Assembly: GCA_023213395.1 (NCBI GenBank)
Contig: CM041465.1
Coordinates: 248,627,741-248,691,740 of the forward strand
Direction of reading: 5' to 3'
DNA: 64,000 nucleotides
Source: Cycas panzhihuaensis
Lineage: Eukaryota > Plantae > Cycadophyta
The position numbers and the translations under genes are program-made. Shown one piece after another: positions 13,680-26,739 of the stretch (position 1 is its first letter; each line of letters opens with the position of its first letter). Under the pieces are notes generated by a model. The model was not told the origin of the DNA, searched no databases, and saw only the letters and a list, made by a program, of their open reading frames with translations.

Positions 13680-14673
13680 ACTACAACTCTGAAACTTTTC
13701 TTTTACCTAATGAGCTAAAACTGTAGGTAAATTCTCCTTTTTTAAAAAAATTTTCTCACTTTCTATTTATCGTTGTGTTATTTTTATAAAAAATCCTACT
13801 AATAATCATATAAGCTTTTTGCTCTTTCTAGCATTTACACTGATTGTGAGTATTCTATCATCCTACTTGGATCTTATTTCTCTTTTGAGTTCTATACTCA
13901 AAGGAGAATTTGGGCCCCTAACCCTATTATATTTTCATCTTGGAAAGAGAAACACTTATGTCAGCTTTAGGTATTTAGTCATTCGTTGAGATCATATTTT
14001 CATTTGCTAGTTTGTTATCTTAAGGATTCCTTTTTAGTTATATATTACCTATTATTTTTATTTGATTTATTATCCTTAGTTTACTCTATTAATCTTTTGA
14101 AGAGAATACTCATTCTGCTGCCTTCCCTTCACATTTGGAGACACTCTGATTTTGATCTTCTTTTTTCCCATAGTTTTATCTTTAAGGAGATTGGTCTTAT
14201 TATTCTATATTCCATTAAAAAGGATAAATCCTTACTATGTTGAGTAAAAAAGTTTTATAGGTGGATGATTATGACCATCTTCTTATTAAAAGTGTGAAAG
14301 TGAAAGTAAAAAAAAAAAAAAGAGAAAGTAAAGTAAAAAAAAAAGTGAGAAAATATATTGTTATCACCCTCTTATAATCTAGAACAAGTCACGTGATGCC
14401 TTCATCCCCACTTATCTATTTGTAAGTCGGGTTCATTTGGATGAGTCATTCAAGATTTTTAGATCTAGCTACCTAGGTCCACCATGGTCTTAGTTATGAT
14501 TAAATCCTACTTGACACCTTATTAGTATTGATTATAATCATCCTACTTATGATTCTTCTTTTTCTTCACTATAGTCATAATTAAGTATATTTATTTACTG
14601 TCTCCTTATTGATTGATTTCTATACTTTCCTCTATCGATTACACAGTCTTATAACTTTGATCTTATTGTTTCT

Positions 14674-15093
14674 ATGGCATTGAGTATATTCTCTAATGGA
14701 GGTAGTAGGAGAAACCCATGACTGTCTACTTTTGCATGGGTGATTTATGACCAATCAAGAAGTCTTCTCCTTTCTATGGGGTCTTTCATACCTAAGGCAA
14801 CCAATAATGAAGCTAAATATCGTACTATCATAAGAGCCTTGTCAAATGTTTCTCACTTTTATGTTGGACCTATTACTATATATGTTGACTCTCAGGTTGT
14901 AGTTTATCAGTTGATTAAGATGTATCATGTTCATTTGCCCTAGCTCCTTTGCTTATATCATCAAGCTTTATCATTGTTATCCATGTTTGCTTTAGTTACC
15001 ATTCAACATATATCTTATTCTTTTAACTTTGAAGTTGATGCTCTTGTTTCCTCTATCCTCGATGATTATTTCAATTCACTTTCATCTTTTTAG
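14674..15093 (+). pseudogene. aRH: Stand-alone additional (archaeal-like) RNase H ORF of A
   Basis: MALSIFSNGGSRRNP*...KATNNEAKY...YVDSQVVV...N.EVDAL reads in one frame with two internal stops and shows RNase HI-like motifs. Confidence 0.88.
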
Positions 15094-15999
15094 CTAGGGA
15101 CACCTCACTCTAGAATAAATAGAAACTACCACTCTAGAATGAGTATAAACTACTAATCCATGATAAGTATAAACTATTGATTTAGGAAAATATAGATTTC
15201 AATAGTTTGAATGTTAAGATGATAGGTAGGAAATTGAAACAAAGTATTTGAAAAGGATAAACCCACGTGGGAATCTTGGGCTATGGAGGATCTTGGTAGG
15301 GGGCAAGTCCCTAAAAGCCTCTTGTCCCTAGAAGGAGCTAAAGAGGAATCTAATATAGTCAGATGGCTAGTTGTTTATTAAGTGAGATTAGTTTTTTATT
15401 TGGTAAAAAACTTATTGTTTATGATATATTATGTAAATGTGGGATATATTCTATGTTTACGTAGTCTGTTAGAAGTATGATGTGAGTTATATGATTTCCC
15501 TTTTGGGGGATTTATGCCATTCCATCTTCTACATTTATAAACCTATTACTATTTATTTCAAATGGTTTTAAGTTTATAAAAATAGAGTAAGTAAACCTTT
15601 TACCTACTTCCTTTAATCTTTTGTTTACCTTTTAGTTTTCACTCTTTCTTGTGATCTTTTTTTTTTTAGAATGGTTTCACTCTGGAATGAGTATAAACTA
15701 TCATATACATATTATAACAAAAATCCAAAAAATGTATATAATTATAACAAAACAAAAAAAAAGTAAAAGATGATAAAGTTATTGCATGTTTATTTGGATG
15801 ATCATACTAATGAATGTATCCTATGCTCATTCAAAATGGAAATAAGGGGGAAAAGGGTTTAGAGACAAGTATTCATACATAAGGTTTTAAGAAAAATAAC
15901 CAATATATATACATGATAATAAAAAATATAGTACATATGTCACCTAAGTGACTCATGATATATACTAAGGCTCACAAAATGCCTCTCATTTCCCTCCTA

Positions 16000-17770
16000 T
16001 CTCCCTATATAATACATAATACACTCATCTTTGAGATCCCTGATGAAATCCCTCTGGGACATTTGAATATACTCTCTCCCTTTTACCTGAAGTCTCCCCA
16101 CATGTGGACTTACCACGGGGTGGAAGGTGGGTTCATCCCTACTAAATTGTGGCACTCACTGATGGAGTATATCATGCTCCTACTTGAGCCAATGTCATCC
16201 TCTACAAGTATTGTTTCTCATCCTTGCCTGCCTTGAGCTCTAGTTCTCATGTTCTTAGTTCTACCCTTGTGTCTATATAAAAATATCAAGCTCAAAGTGC
16301 ATGGCTATAATAGTTAAGATGATGTCTTAGCAGTCTATGATCCATTATATTCCATGTAGGCACCTCCTCTAATGCTAAAACATAGGGGAATATCACCTCT
16401 AGTGTCCTATGTACCTCCCTCAAGGTCACCATCTTATCACCTATCTAATGAAAGCATGTGAATCATGATCAGTCCCCTAGAAGATAAACTCTTCAGAAAA
16501 TAAAAGTATAATATGATGTAGAAAATAGATTAATTAAATAACATACATGGTGATCCTCCTCCTCTTATTATCTCTACTCCTATCACCATCTTGATTGGTG
16601 GTCCTCCTCCCTCTTGTGGCTCATGGGGAGCCTCACCCTCTCTTGCTCTGTTCCCTCCACCTCTACCCTAGCCATCTATTAAGTTGAGCTCCATGCTCTA
16701 TATAGAGCCTCCTCTACCCTTCATAGGTGCTTTGCTCACTCTCCCAAGGACTTAACAAGTCCCTCCTACTCCTCCACTAGATGAGACACCTCCTTGTCCT
16801 ACCTCTCCACCACCCCTGCCACCTCTCTTATCTCATCCTCTTCCATCTTACCATCTCCCTCTCCCTCATCCAGCTGATAGAGCCTCCTCTATTACCACCC
16901 TCTCTATAGCATCCATCTCATAATCACTCTAGACTGGAAACCTTATATATGCATCCTCCATGAGCTATCTCCTCGTCATCCTATTAAGGATAGGGCCATG
17001 CATAGTCCTTGCCATGATAGTTGGCATATTATGGATTTATGATCTCATATGCCACATGTTTATCCGTGAGTCTATTATCATTAGCTCTCCTAGCTCACCT
17101 CCTAGTCTTATGAGCGAAACATGATCACATAACCAACACATCAATATAGAGCTATATGAGAAACCTCCCCTCCCTATGCTCCTAATCCTAGATAATTGAT
17201 GCTTAATACTGTCTACTATATATTAACCCCAGTTAATCTAGATCCCCTATTCACATCTCCTTGCTACTCTAGTCCACTAAGTAAGAACCCCCATGAAATT
17301 TTGGGCTCTAACTATCCTATAAATAATGATCAAAGTAATGATCCTCCTAACCATAAGAATACCACTTGTTGTCTAAATGGTCTCCATCGATATCCCATGT
17401 TGGTCGATCTAATAAAAAAATACCATCAGATATTCACTGCATGCTATCTGGGACTCCTCATCAATCACTTTAATGAGTCTGACTCTCTCCCCATGCCAAC
17501 TAATCCTCATGATCCTCCCCACATCTCTCATAGTAATCTAGACCTCTCTAATAGCTTGTACTCGAAATATATTACATCTTAACACCCAACAACTAGCAAA
17601 ATCATGTAAAATCTCGTGCTCCATGATAAGTTGGGTGGATCCACTCATGTGTGAGAGGCCACATGCTCTCAAAATCCCCCATCCTACCTTGTCTAACTAA
17701 TTCATGAGCTCCCCAATGGCCATTCCCTTATTTTCTTACATCTCAACTCTCTCTAGGGCTTGTATCACAT
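16000..17770 (-). pseudogene. Antisense extra gene of A, PMD (aminotransferase-like plant mobile domain)-like, multi-exon relic
   Basis: Minus-strand traces EILHDFASCW..EV*ITMRDVGRIMRI..G and INWG*YIVDSI..GGFSYSSILMCWL are followed by a purine-rich E/R/G region. Two GT-AG intron candidates at 16477-16546 and 16273-16363. Confidence 0.5.
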
Positions 17771-18508
17771 CATTAGAATTATGTTAATTTCATTACTTCA
17801 TTGCAAAAAAAATAATTTTTAAAATTTGATTGAGTAAAATTTTAAAAGTATGGCTAGGTAACTAAAAATGTGATCAAACATGACTTCACAGTAAAAAATG
17901 TGATTTTCTCTAATAGTCACAAATTATAAAATTATGTTTTTGACTCTATCATCATATTTTTCACTAACTAACAATGTGCTTTAGTATAATGATTATTATT
18001 TTTGCACTATAGCATTGTATTTTTTATTGAAAAATTAAAAAATAAAAAAAATATAATTCTGACTCATCAGGTATCTAGCTCTCTACTCCATCTTACTAAT
18101 GATGATCCTTTAAGTCTAGTCCTTTATTGGAAAGAGCTCCCAAATGTCTCAAAAATAGGGGAAATGACCTTTGGGTATATTCTTTTCTCCTCCTTCCTCT
18201 CATAAAAATGAAACGCTTCTTCATTTATTTTCTTACAAATAGGGAGGGGTTTTTCTCTATTTTCCTTAGCAAAATTTTTCTAGTCCACACATGATCTATC
18301 AAAGTGAAATGTGTTCCTTTTCAATCATCATTCTCATTAAAATTACCTGTAAATGCTTGAAATTATATATATTTGCTTTGATAAGGGTCAATTATCATTT
18401 TAATACCTGATTATTTTGTTGGGGCTCATCTTCCCTTTGGAGATATGATCTATTACCCTGTGTTCTTCTTTTTTTACATAAATTTTATATTTGTCTCTAA
18501 AAGATAAT

Positions 18509-18860
18509 ACTCTGAACTTCTTTTCACCTATTAATAAGCGTAAACTATGACATAATGTAACTTTAAACCTCCTTTCACCTATTAATGAGCTAAAGCTATG
18601 ACATGAATAATGCTCTAAGTCCCTTCTAACTATTAATGAGCCTAAACTATGATAGGGAACCCTTTGAATTTAATCATTGATGAGGATAAACTATGATAAT
18701 CAACCTCCAAAAGGCCTCACCCCATTAATGAGGCTAATCTATGATGCGTTTGCTCTGAAAAGTCTCCAGTTAATGAGCTTATAAAGTATGATAGTCTATC
18801 CTTTTTGCTCTAGCAAAAAGACTTCCCTCTAATGCGTGGTTAAAAAGAGATAAACTATGA
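18509..18860 (+). repeat. Repeat-spacer array: 7 copies of an ATTAATGAGNNTAAACTATGA-like core separated by variable 23-47 nt spacers
   Basis: Cores at 18530, 18581, 18632, 18676, 18724, 18769 and 18839. Confidence 0.85.
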
Positions 18861-18874
18861 CTAGTTGTATATTA

Positions 18875-19115
18875 AAGTCCCATCTAATTTATGGGTAATA
18901 GGTAGTGTTCATTTGGTGGTTAAGTCTCATCCAGTTCATAGGCATTTTGGTAGTGAAGTCCAATTTAGTTTGTGGGAATTAGATAGGTTTTCTTTAGTGA
19001 TAGATACCTAGTCCTTTTAGGTAGGTTCTTGGTGATGTGGGTGCCCAGTTCTTTTAGGTAAGAGATATAAATAGTGATATTTTGGTATTATGAACCCAAT
19101 ATTTTTGGATAAATT
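18875..19115 (+). repeat. Second degenerate tandem array (~35-45 bp units) in the 3' UTR of A
   Basis: Recurrent AAGTCCCAT/CCCAGTT(C)TTTT.GGTAGG and TTGGT(G/A)(G/A)T blocks. Confidence 0.55.
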
Positions 19116-19315
19116 TTTTACTAAGAACTTTCTAGTCTTATTATTACAAGAAATTTGTTTTAGGATAGATTATAGGGCTTCTTCATCTCATCATTCATAT
19201 GCTTCATTTGATTCTTATCGTGCTTAACAAAAAGAATAGTTACCTTCATGATTGCCACCATTCATTATCATATTTCTCTTTCTAGAATGGGAGCTTTAGG
19301 TGTTAAGGGGGAAAA

Positions 19316-21620
19316 TGTTTCACCAAAACCTAGCCTGTGGTTTATATTTATGATTTTGGATATGTTTCTTGTATGGTTTTATGAAAAATGAATGATGGAC
19401 TTGTTTAATGATGAGTTAGGCCATGTTTTGATGAATTAATAAATTGATTTTGGTTTTGTGATTCATGATGAATAATGATTTAACATGATCACCTGCTAAT
19501 GACTAAGACTATAGCATTAAAACTTTTTTTCATGATTAGTTTAATCTAATTTTTCCTTTAAAACTTAATATTTTTATAATTTAGTCTTGATTTCACCCAT
19601 TTTTTGTCAGGTTTACTCATTTTTGGGCTTGTTCTTATCGTTTCCATCTTATTTTAGGCCTCTTTAATCATTTATAAAGTCATGTATGCTTTAATTTATG
19701 TTTAAAAATTAATTTTTAACTTTTTGATGAGCCAAATTTTACTCTATAATTATTGTGTTTCTGGTGTTGCTAAAAACACAACTGGTCACATTTTTAATAG
19801 GTATAAAAGCGTAATTGATCATGTTTTTTACTATCATACATGCAAAATTTGGCCAGTGTACGAAATTTTTGTATGTTGCCACCTAGATTTGATGGATTCT
19901 TATCTCTTAATACCTAAGAATATTCAAAAGTATTGTGTGGCTCATTGTAGAGAATGAATGTGTGATTTTGCTTAAGTGTTTATTGGATTTTTAGTGATTT
20001 TTGGAGATCTTTTAAGGACTAGTGTTGCTATGATTTCAAGTTTGATTTTACGGTGATTTTAGGTGAAATCAAGAGGAGAATTTGATGTTGTAACTTCTTA
20101 CTTCAGTAGTGTTTAATTATTGATGGTTTGATCTTTACTTTTCATGGTATTCTTTCAAAGTTTTAGCCTCCAAGTTCTTCTAAATTGGTAAGGTCTTTCC
20201 TATGTGACTTTTTACTTATTTCACTATTTTCTAAAGATTATCATTTGGCCATAACTTATTATTTATTTTAGTTTATTATTGTGGTGATCTTGTATGTTTT
20301 TTTTAGCTTGAAATACTTATTGAAAGGCTAGCCCTTTATGGGGTTCATAGGGGGTAGACTAAGGTGGGGCATGGTCATCTCTCCACCATTCATGCCCTAT
20401 TCTTCCATAGCAGTTTGTATTTCAAGAACTTTGCCATCTGTTTTAGCTTTGTTTAGCTGTGGTTAAGTCTTTCTTGCTTGTTGTTTCTTTTCCTTTACTT
20501 GTTTTAATGGAGAAAGATGGAAAGAATTAAACAAATGGAAGAAAGAAGTCATTCTAAGGTAGATTTACGAATTAGAAAAGAAGTCTTGGTTCTCTAGTTT
20601 TATTTTTTACTTGATTTCACTCTTAGGATAACTTTCTTTTCTATAGAAAGAAGATTTAAAGTGCTAAATAGAAAGTGCATACTTGATTACTTCAAATTTT
20701 TTAGGGATTTCAATCCTTTTGGAGTCTTCGTTATTCCAATTAGGATATAATCTTCAAAGTAGTAAAGCTAGTATCTTATATGTGGATTATTATTAATTTT
20801 TCTTATTTGTATGTAACTTTCAAAGGTCTAAAAATTTATTTTTTTATAGTAGTAGCATGTCTTTAAAGTCTATCTTCTTGCATCACAGGACATTCATTCA
20901 AGAAAAAAATTGTATGCATGGGAGGTAAAATCTTTTAAATAGCATTACATGTTATCAATTTCTTTGAGAGTTTGTATAAAGCAAATTGCATGGTGTGTTG
21001 TATATTTTATTGGTACTATTTCTTTTATAATGAAGAGTACATGTTGTATTTAAAAGAATAATTTCATAATTACATCATCATCCTTCATCTTTAAAATTAA
21101 AAAAAAAATACAAAAAGCACATTGCATATATCTAGTTTTGGTTCTTCCTTACCTGATTAATCAAAGGTAGAATAGACTTTTTTCATTTTATAGATTATTT
21201 TTATTTATTTTATTTTATTTCATCAAAAAATAAAAAAATAAAAATCCCAAAAAATAAAAACAAAATAAATAAATAAATAAAGAAAAATTTTCCTTTGTTT
21301 AACCCTTCCCTTTATCCTTATAAAACCAAAAAGATTGAAAAGATTAAAGGATAAGAGCCCTAGGAAAAATTTAGAAGTCCTTCATCTAGTTGTGTAGGTT
21401 AGTGGATTCTATCACCCCCCTTACATCCAAGCCTTTCATCATATTCTTCATCCATGACTTATTGGACGACATAACTAGGTGAAGACTCCTCCTTAAGAGT
21501 TGGGTAAAGGTGGTTACTTAGGTCCTCTTAAACCTCATATTTGCTGGTTCTAGTTGACATGAAAGGAAGCACCCCATTGATTAAGAGATATCTAGTTTAG
21601 GTCCACCCAAGATGACACTC
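19316..21620 (+). repeat. 3' LTR of element A
   Basis: Starts TGTTTCACCAAAACC after the PPT, ends GATGACACTC, followed by TSD GTATA. Confidence 0.92.
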
Positions 21621-22046
21621 GTATAATTAGGCGACTTTAAACATAACCATAAAGACTTAAATAATAAATATAACAAAACACACATCCATGTAGGGATTGT
21701 CATTATGAACATACGTAGAAGATGATTGTAATAATAGTAAAGAGTAAATAATAAATGATGAACAAAACCAAGTATTAAGTATCACCACTCCTTGTGATAC
21801 TTTGATGTTGAAGTAATCACTTTGTAATATCATATATTTTTATAGTATATCTACTACTTCCTAAGTGATGCCTTTAAATAATAATCGATGCCACTTAACT
21901 AAGTATTCCTTTATGGTCCTTTAATATAATATTATTTTCATGTTTGGATGGTGGACTTACAGATGAGGACTAATCCTCCTCTTCATTTAACATTGCAATT
22001 TTTATTTATACATGTTCTCTTAATTGCTTCTTTAAGAATAAGACAT

Positions 22047-22800
22047 TGTGTAACTTGGAAGAGGTTGGAAGTTATAATACATGTGCTACTTGGCTAATCC
22101 TTTTTCACTTCGAGTTATTTTAAGGGAGGGGTACTTATGAGATTATAGATGGATGTATACCCAATTACCTACATTAAATTTTCTCTCATTCTGATACTTA
22201 TTTGCTTATTATTTCATTATATTTTATGTTATTATTAAGTATTCTTTTAAGATTTACAACCTACTATTCCCACTTGATTATCCTTGAATCTCTATTATAT
22301 GGGGGAAATTAGGTTATAACTGTAGAGGACTTTAAATAAGGATATTTACATAATTGAGTAGTATGTGGAGTTATACATTACTTTTCCAAGATACAACTAT
22401 TTAACACATGTGCTTTGTTTATCGATAATGTAATTTATTAAATAGACTTCTAAGCATTTGTTTACCATATTCATTTACCTATTTATTTATAGATGATAGT
22501 TGAAGCTTATAGTTATTGTGGTCTTAGCTTATTTAAATAACATTTACTAGAAGTTACAACAACTTGTGAAACCTATGTATCTCCTTCATGAATATCTTCC
22601 CAACACTTATTATCTTGCGTTGCACTGTATGCTTCATTTTACTTATTTTTTATTTAATATCTCATATCACCTCATTATTGATAAGCCTCATGTTAATAAC
22701 TTTTTGATTTATTACTTTTACATTAGAGTGTGATTTTATTTTTTAATAGTGGTATCAAATTGATCGTAGTCTATTTCATGGTAGTGGTATCAAAGTTGAT
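22047..22800 (+). mobile_element. LTR relic with a duplicated tRNA-iMet-type PBS
   Basis: TGGTATCAAA at 22750 and again at 22785, after an LTR-like AT-rich block. Left boundary uncertain. Confidence 0.4.
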
Positions 22801-23099
22801 GGTTGAATCATCAAAGTTGAAGGTTAGATTATAAGAGCATAGTTGGTTCGATCTTTGGAGGCTATGTTTTCTTGGAAATTTTTTATTTTTGTTGAAATAG
22901 ATACTTCATTAAATTCAAAAAATTACATCCATAGAGTAACAAAAAAAAAAGGGGAGAGAATGTCATCCCCTCCATCCCTTAGATGAACAACAAATACACA
23001 AAAAAAACTATATAAGACCAGCATGTAGGTAACCATGATTAAATAATAATTAAAATTACCCTTAGTTACCTTCAACAAGGAGAGAAATAGTGCCCCAAC

Positions 23100-26000
23100 C
23101 ATCATCTCCATTATCGAGAGGATCTTCGTGCATCTTCCACCCTTTGTAGGTGGTGGGCTTAATGGTAATCAATTCTACCAATTGGGTAGTTTTCTCATTA
23201 GGTTTAAGCACAATCAAGTGGGGGTTTAATTTGGTGGGATACTAGATGATAAGTGGTTGTGCCTTAATTGACTTTGCCTATTTGAGTGACTTTATTTAGG
23301 TCTAGGGCACCTCAATTCTCCTTCCTCTTCTAGGACCGAGGATATAATACAAGGCACCAAACCTTAATACTTAATGATCTCAAGGAGGTGGCTCATCTTC
23401 ATTTGGATTTTCTACACCTAGGCATTAGTCTATAAAATACATGATTAAAGGACTATTAAGAAGATCCCTATAAGAAAATGGATATAGGTGTTGTGCTGGA
23501 AAAATATAATATTCTAAAAATTTTAAATTACATATCACTTCAAACCTTAAAAGCTTCCATCTAGACTATATAGATGATGACAAGTATTTAGCATCATCCA
23601 GTAGGGTCATATTCTAGCCTAAGGGTTCTAAGGTGGTAGGGGTAAGGGGTCTACTAACATGGATGTAGGCAGAGTAGGCAAAGGAACACCACTAGAATAT
23701 ATATATGGGTGACTCGCATTATTAGCAAAAACAACATGCCATGTCATAATTGCCTATCTTAGCAAGCCTCTCCTTAATAACTAAAGCCCTTATGGATCAA
23801 GCACTACCTAAAGAATTTCTTTTCAGGTTCCATAGAGATGTGCCAAAGCTGCTTGAAGTAATGTCTCTATACTAATTCACTACATTAAAATCTTTGAATC
23901 ACATTCAATCTGGCAATGATCCCATCATTCTCCACAAGGTGGTAGTATGCATGCAAGGTAGAGAAATGTTGGAATGGCTTTGAATGATACCATATCTAGT
24001 CCTAGAACCATTTATTACATCCCATTATGGCTATATTCATGATTAACCATATGCTGTAATAATTCTATATTTCAATTTTAATAAGGCCTAGCTCCCCAAG
24101 TATTTGGATTTGTAATATGTTTACTAATTGACCCTATATAAGCCTTTCACTCCTTTAAGGTCTGACTAGAGGTATGTTTTGAGCATTCTAATAAGCTTAT
24201 TATAAGAAAGATTTGAGATCACTTTGCACAGGGAGTAATATACATGGGTTGCTACCAAGACCTTAGAGCAAATCTAGAGCTTCGTCATGAGCGATATGAA
24301 CATGGAAGTCTAAGAGGAACACATTTTTTTCTACATGTTTAAGAACATAATATGACATGTTTATCAAAGAAGCTTCAAAGCTGAAGGGGATGATAAAAAA
24401 CCTAAAAGCTTGACTAAGCTTAATCCATTACTACTCACACGCAATAAGCCAATCTAGGACATCATCCATAGATTGTAAATAAGAGGTTATTTTTTTCATA
24501 TTTATTTTAGAACTAGAGGTTGTACAAAAGGTACCCACTGCAACTAGTACCTCATTAATAAGCTACGGTTCAACATTGATGGTGAGAAACATATAATTTA
24601 CAAAATGCCTATTGATTAATTATTTTTTATCACCTATGAGATTAATGTTTCTAATAATTTGTATGTTTGGCTTTAGCTAGAGTAAGTAGCTTAGTGTATC
24701 TACCATTAGAAAAATAATGAATGAGTTAGAGAGCATCCTTGAAATATTGACCTATGAAGTTGGACTAGCTTAGATAAAGTCCTATTAACCAAAATTCTAT
24801 CTAACACATTCACAAACAAGTTATTAACCATCCTTAGAATCTTATCCCTAAAGTCTAAAGCTTGTGGGACTTCTAAGATGCATCCCTTATCCACACAATC
24901 ATATGCTTTTTTAAAATTTAGTTTGAGGAATACTATTTCTTGGCCTAGTGCTCTAGACAATTCCATCCTTTCTACCATGCTAGTGATATTATCTAGAATG
25001 AATATATCATTAATAAAACTTGTTTATTCCAGCCTCATAATTTCCATCAGCAAACTCTTAATTCTCAATACTAATGCCTTTGCAAGGATTTTATAAGACA
25101 CATTCAGCAATTTGATGGGTTATTAACTAGAAATAACTTTTAGCTTTCCACCTTTAGGGATGAGTTTATTAGAACCCTGGTTGATAATTCGATAATTCTC
25201 CCAAATGAACCTGCTTGAATTGCCTCCTGATATACCTTAAGGATGGTGATTCTAGTGAAATCCCAAGTGGCCTTGTAAAATTCACAAGGAAAACCATCAA
25301 CCTAGAAGACTTATCATTAGCCATTATTTGGATTACATTAGTTAATTTTCCTCACATGATAGGGGTGTCATAAATAACTCTCCATTTAACTAAGATCTTC
25401 CTTAGAATGGTTGATAGGCACTTATTTTTGGCTAACTCCATAGTTGATGAGTGTGTTTGGGCTTTAAATACTTGGGAGTAGAGGGAACTAACACCTTTAT
25501 TATGTCATGTTTCAAAGTCAACCACCTATTTTCTTTCTTGATGGTATAAACATTTTCATTGCTCTACTTATGTTTTAGGGAATGGAAGAAGATTTTGCAA
25601 CACATATCCCCCTCTTTAATACAATGTATTCTTCCCTTAATTTTTGCACCCCACACTTTATACACTTCTAAGGACTTCAATACACTAAACATCTCAACTA
25701 CCATCTTCTACAAATCCTCATCAAAGGGGTTCTTCTTAAGCTTATACCTTCTCTTTTCTAGTTTTTAGAATTGGAGTGATTTAGGCACCTTCTACCTTGC
25801 ACTATCTACTTGCCATAACCTTATTGAAAGTAGGTTATGTGTGTGACTACTTCTTCCCACCAAGTAATCCAACCCTTATCCCCTCCTAATTATGTGCTAA
25901 GTTATCACACTTGATTTATGTTAGAAAAATAGTGCTTAGAATTAAGGTGAGAAGTGTTAAGATTAAAAATTGAGTGGCCCAATTTTGTTCTTTCTTCCCC

Positions 26001-26725
26001 TTAATTTATAATGATAAAAGTGGGGTTGTAGTTAGAAAATAGGGTGTTATTCACCACTTTGATTGAGCAAGACTAATATTAGGCAAACCTAAAATCCACA
26101 TCTAAGGAAAGCATAGCATGATCAAGTCTTTTCATAATTCTGTCTAAAGTTAGACCTAGTGAACTATGGATCCCAATCATTAACCTTCTTAGAAACATTT
26201 AGGTAGTAGAGGCTAAACTTAGGAAATCCACTCACTTCTATCCTCATGGTGCCATTTGACATTTACTGCCTACTTGGTCCATCAAGGCTTTTATCATGTT
26301 GAAGTCCCTATATACCACCCACATAATATTAAGGAGATTTGTATATAACCGCATTGAAAGACTAGCCTTTGTATGGGTGTAAGTTAGGGGCAGACATCAT
26401 GAAAATGCCTAACAACTTATCATTGCACCTCACAACAAGCTAGGCACTCCTATCTTAAGAATTAGAGTCATGCATGACTATATAACTTCCCCAATTAGGT
26501 TTCAATAAAATAATTACACCACCCTATCCCTCTTCATGGGTTAGCAAAGGGGATGGCATCATTCCAAATATACATCATTACAAACTTCATAGTACTACTA
26601 AAATATTTAATTTCATGCAACTAAAGGACATCTAAACCTAGATAATTACTATAAAATTTTATAACCATCATATGCCTAACTTGATCAGCAATACCCTTTA
26701 CATTCTAGCTAATAATGTTTATCAT
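23100..26725 (-). pseudogene. LINE ORF2 (APE endonuclease + reverse transcriptase) relic
   Basis: Starts MINIIS*NVKGI. Contains a GDFN-like motif (~26300), PIKLLNVSYKILAK, FLKLNFKKAYDCV, QGCSLTHSLF (ORF 24706-24978) and degenerate FADD (FVNY, ~24600). Confidence 0.88.
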
Positions 26726-26739
26726 GAGCTTCCTCTACA

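Larger units (their letters stand above)
7118..21620 (+). mobile_element. Element A: Ty3/gypsy Tat-clade LTR retrotransposon, internally deleted (no RT/RH/INT)
   Basis: Paired ~2.3-kb LTRs, TSD GTATA (7113-7117 and 21621-21625), PBS, PPT AAGGGGGAAAA (19305-19315), gag/protease relics and an extra RNase H. Confidence 0.92.

Noticed and set aside
13681-13730. Canonical hammerhead ribozyme
   Set aside because: CTAATGAGC-TAAAAC resembles CUGAUGAG..GAAAC, but there is no stem II between them and stems I and III are imperfect. Kept only as a hypothesis.
18509-18860. Bona fide CRISPR array
   Set aside because: Eukaryotic retrotransposon context, no cas genes, degenerate repeats, and spacers that share internal motifs. 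Reported as a repeat-spacer-like structured array instead.
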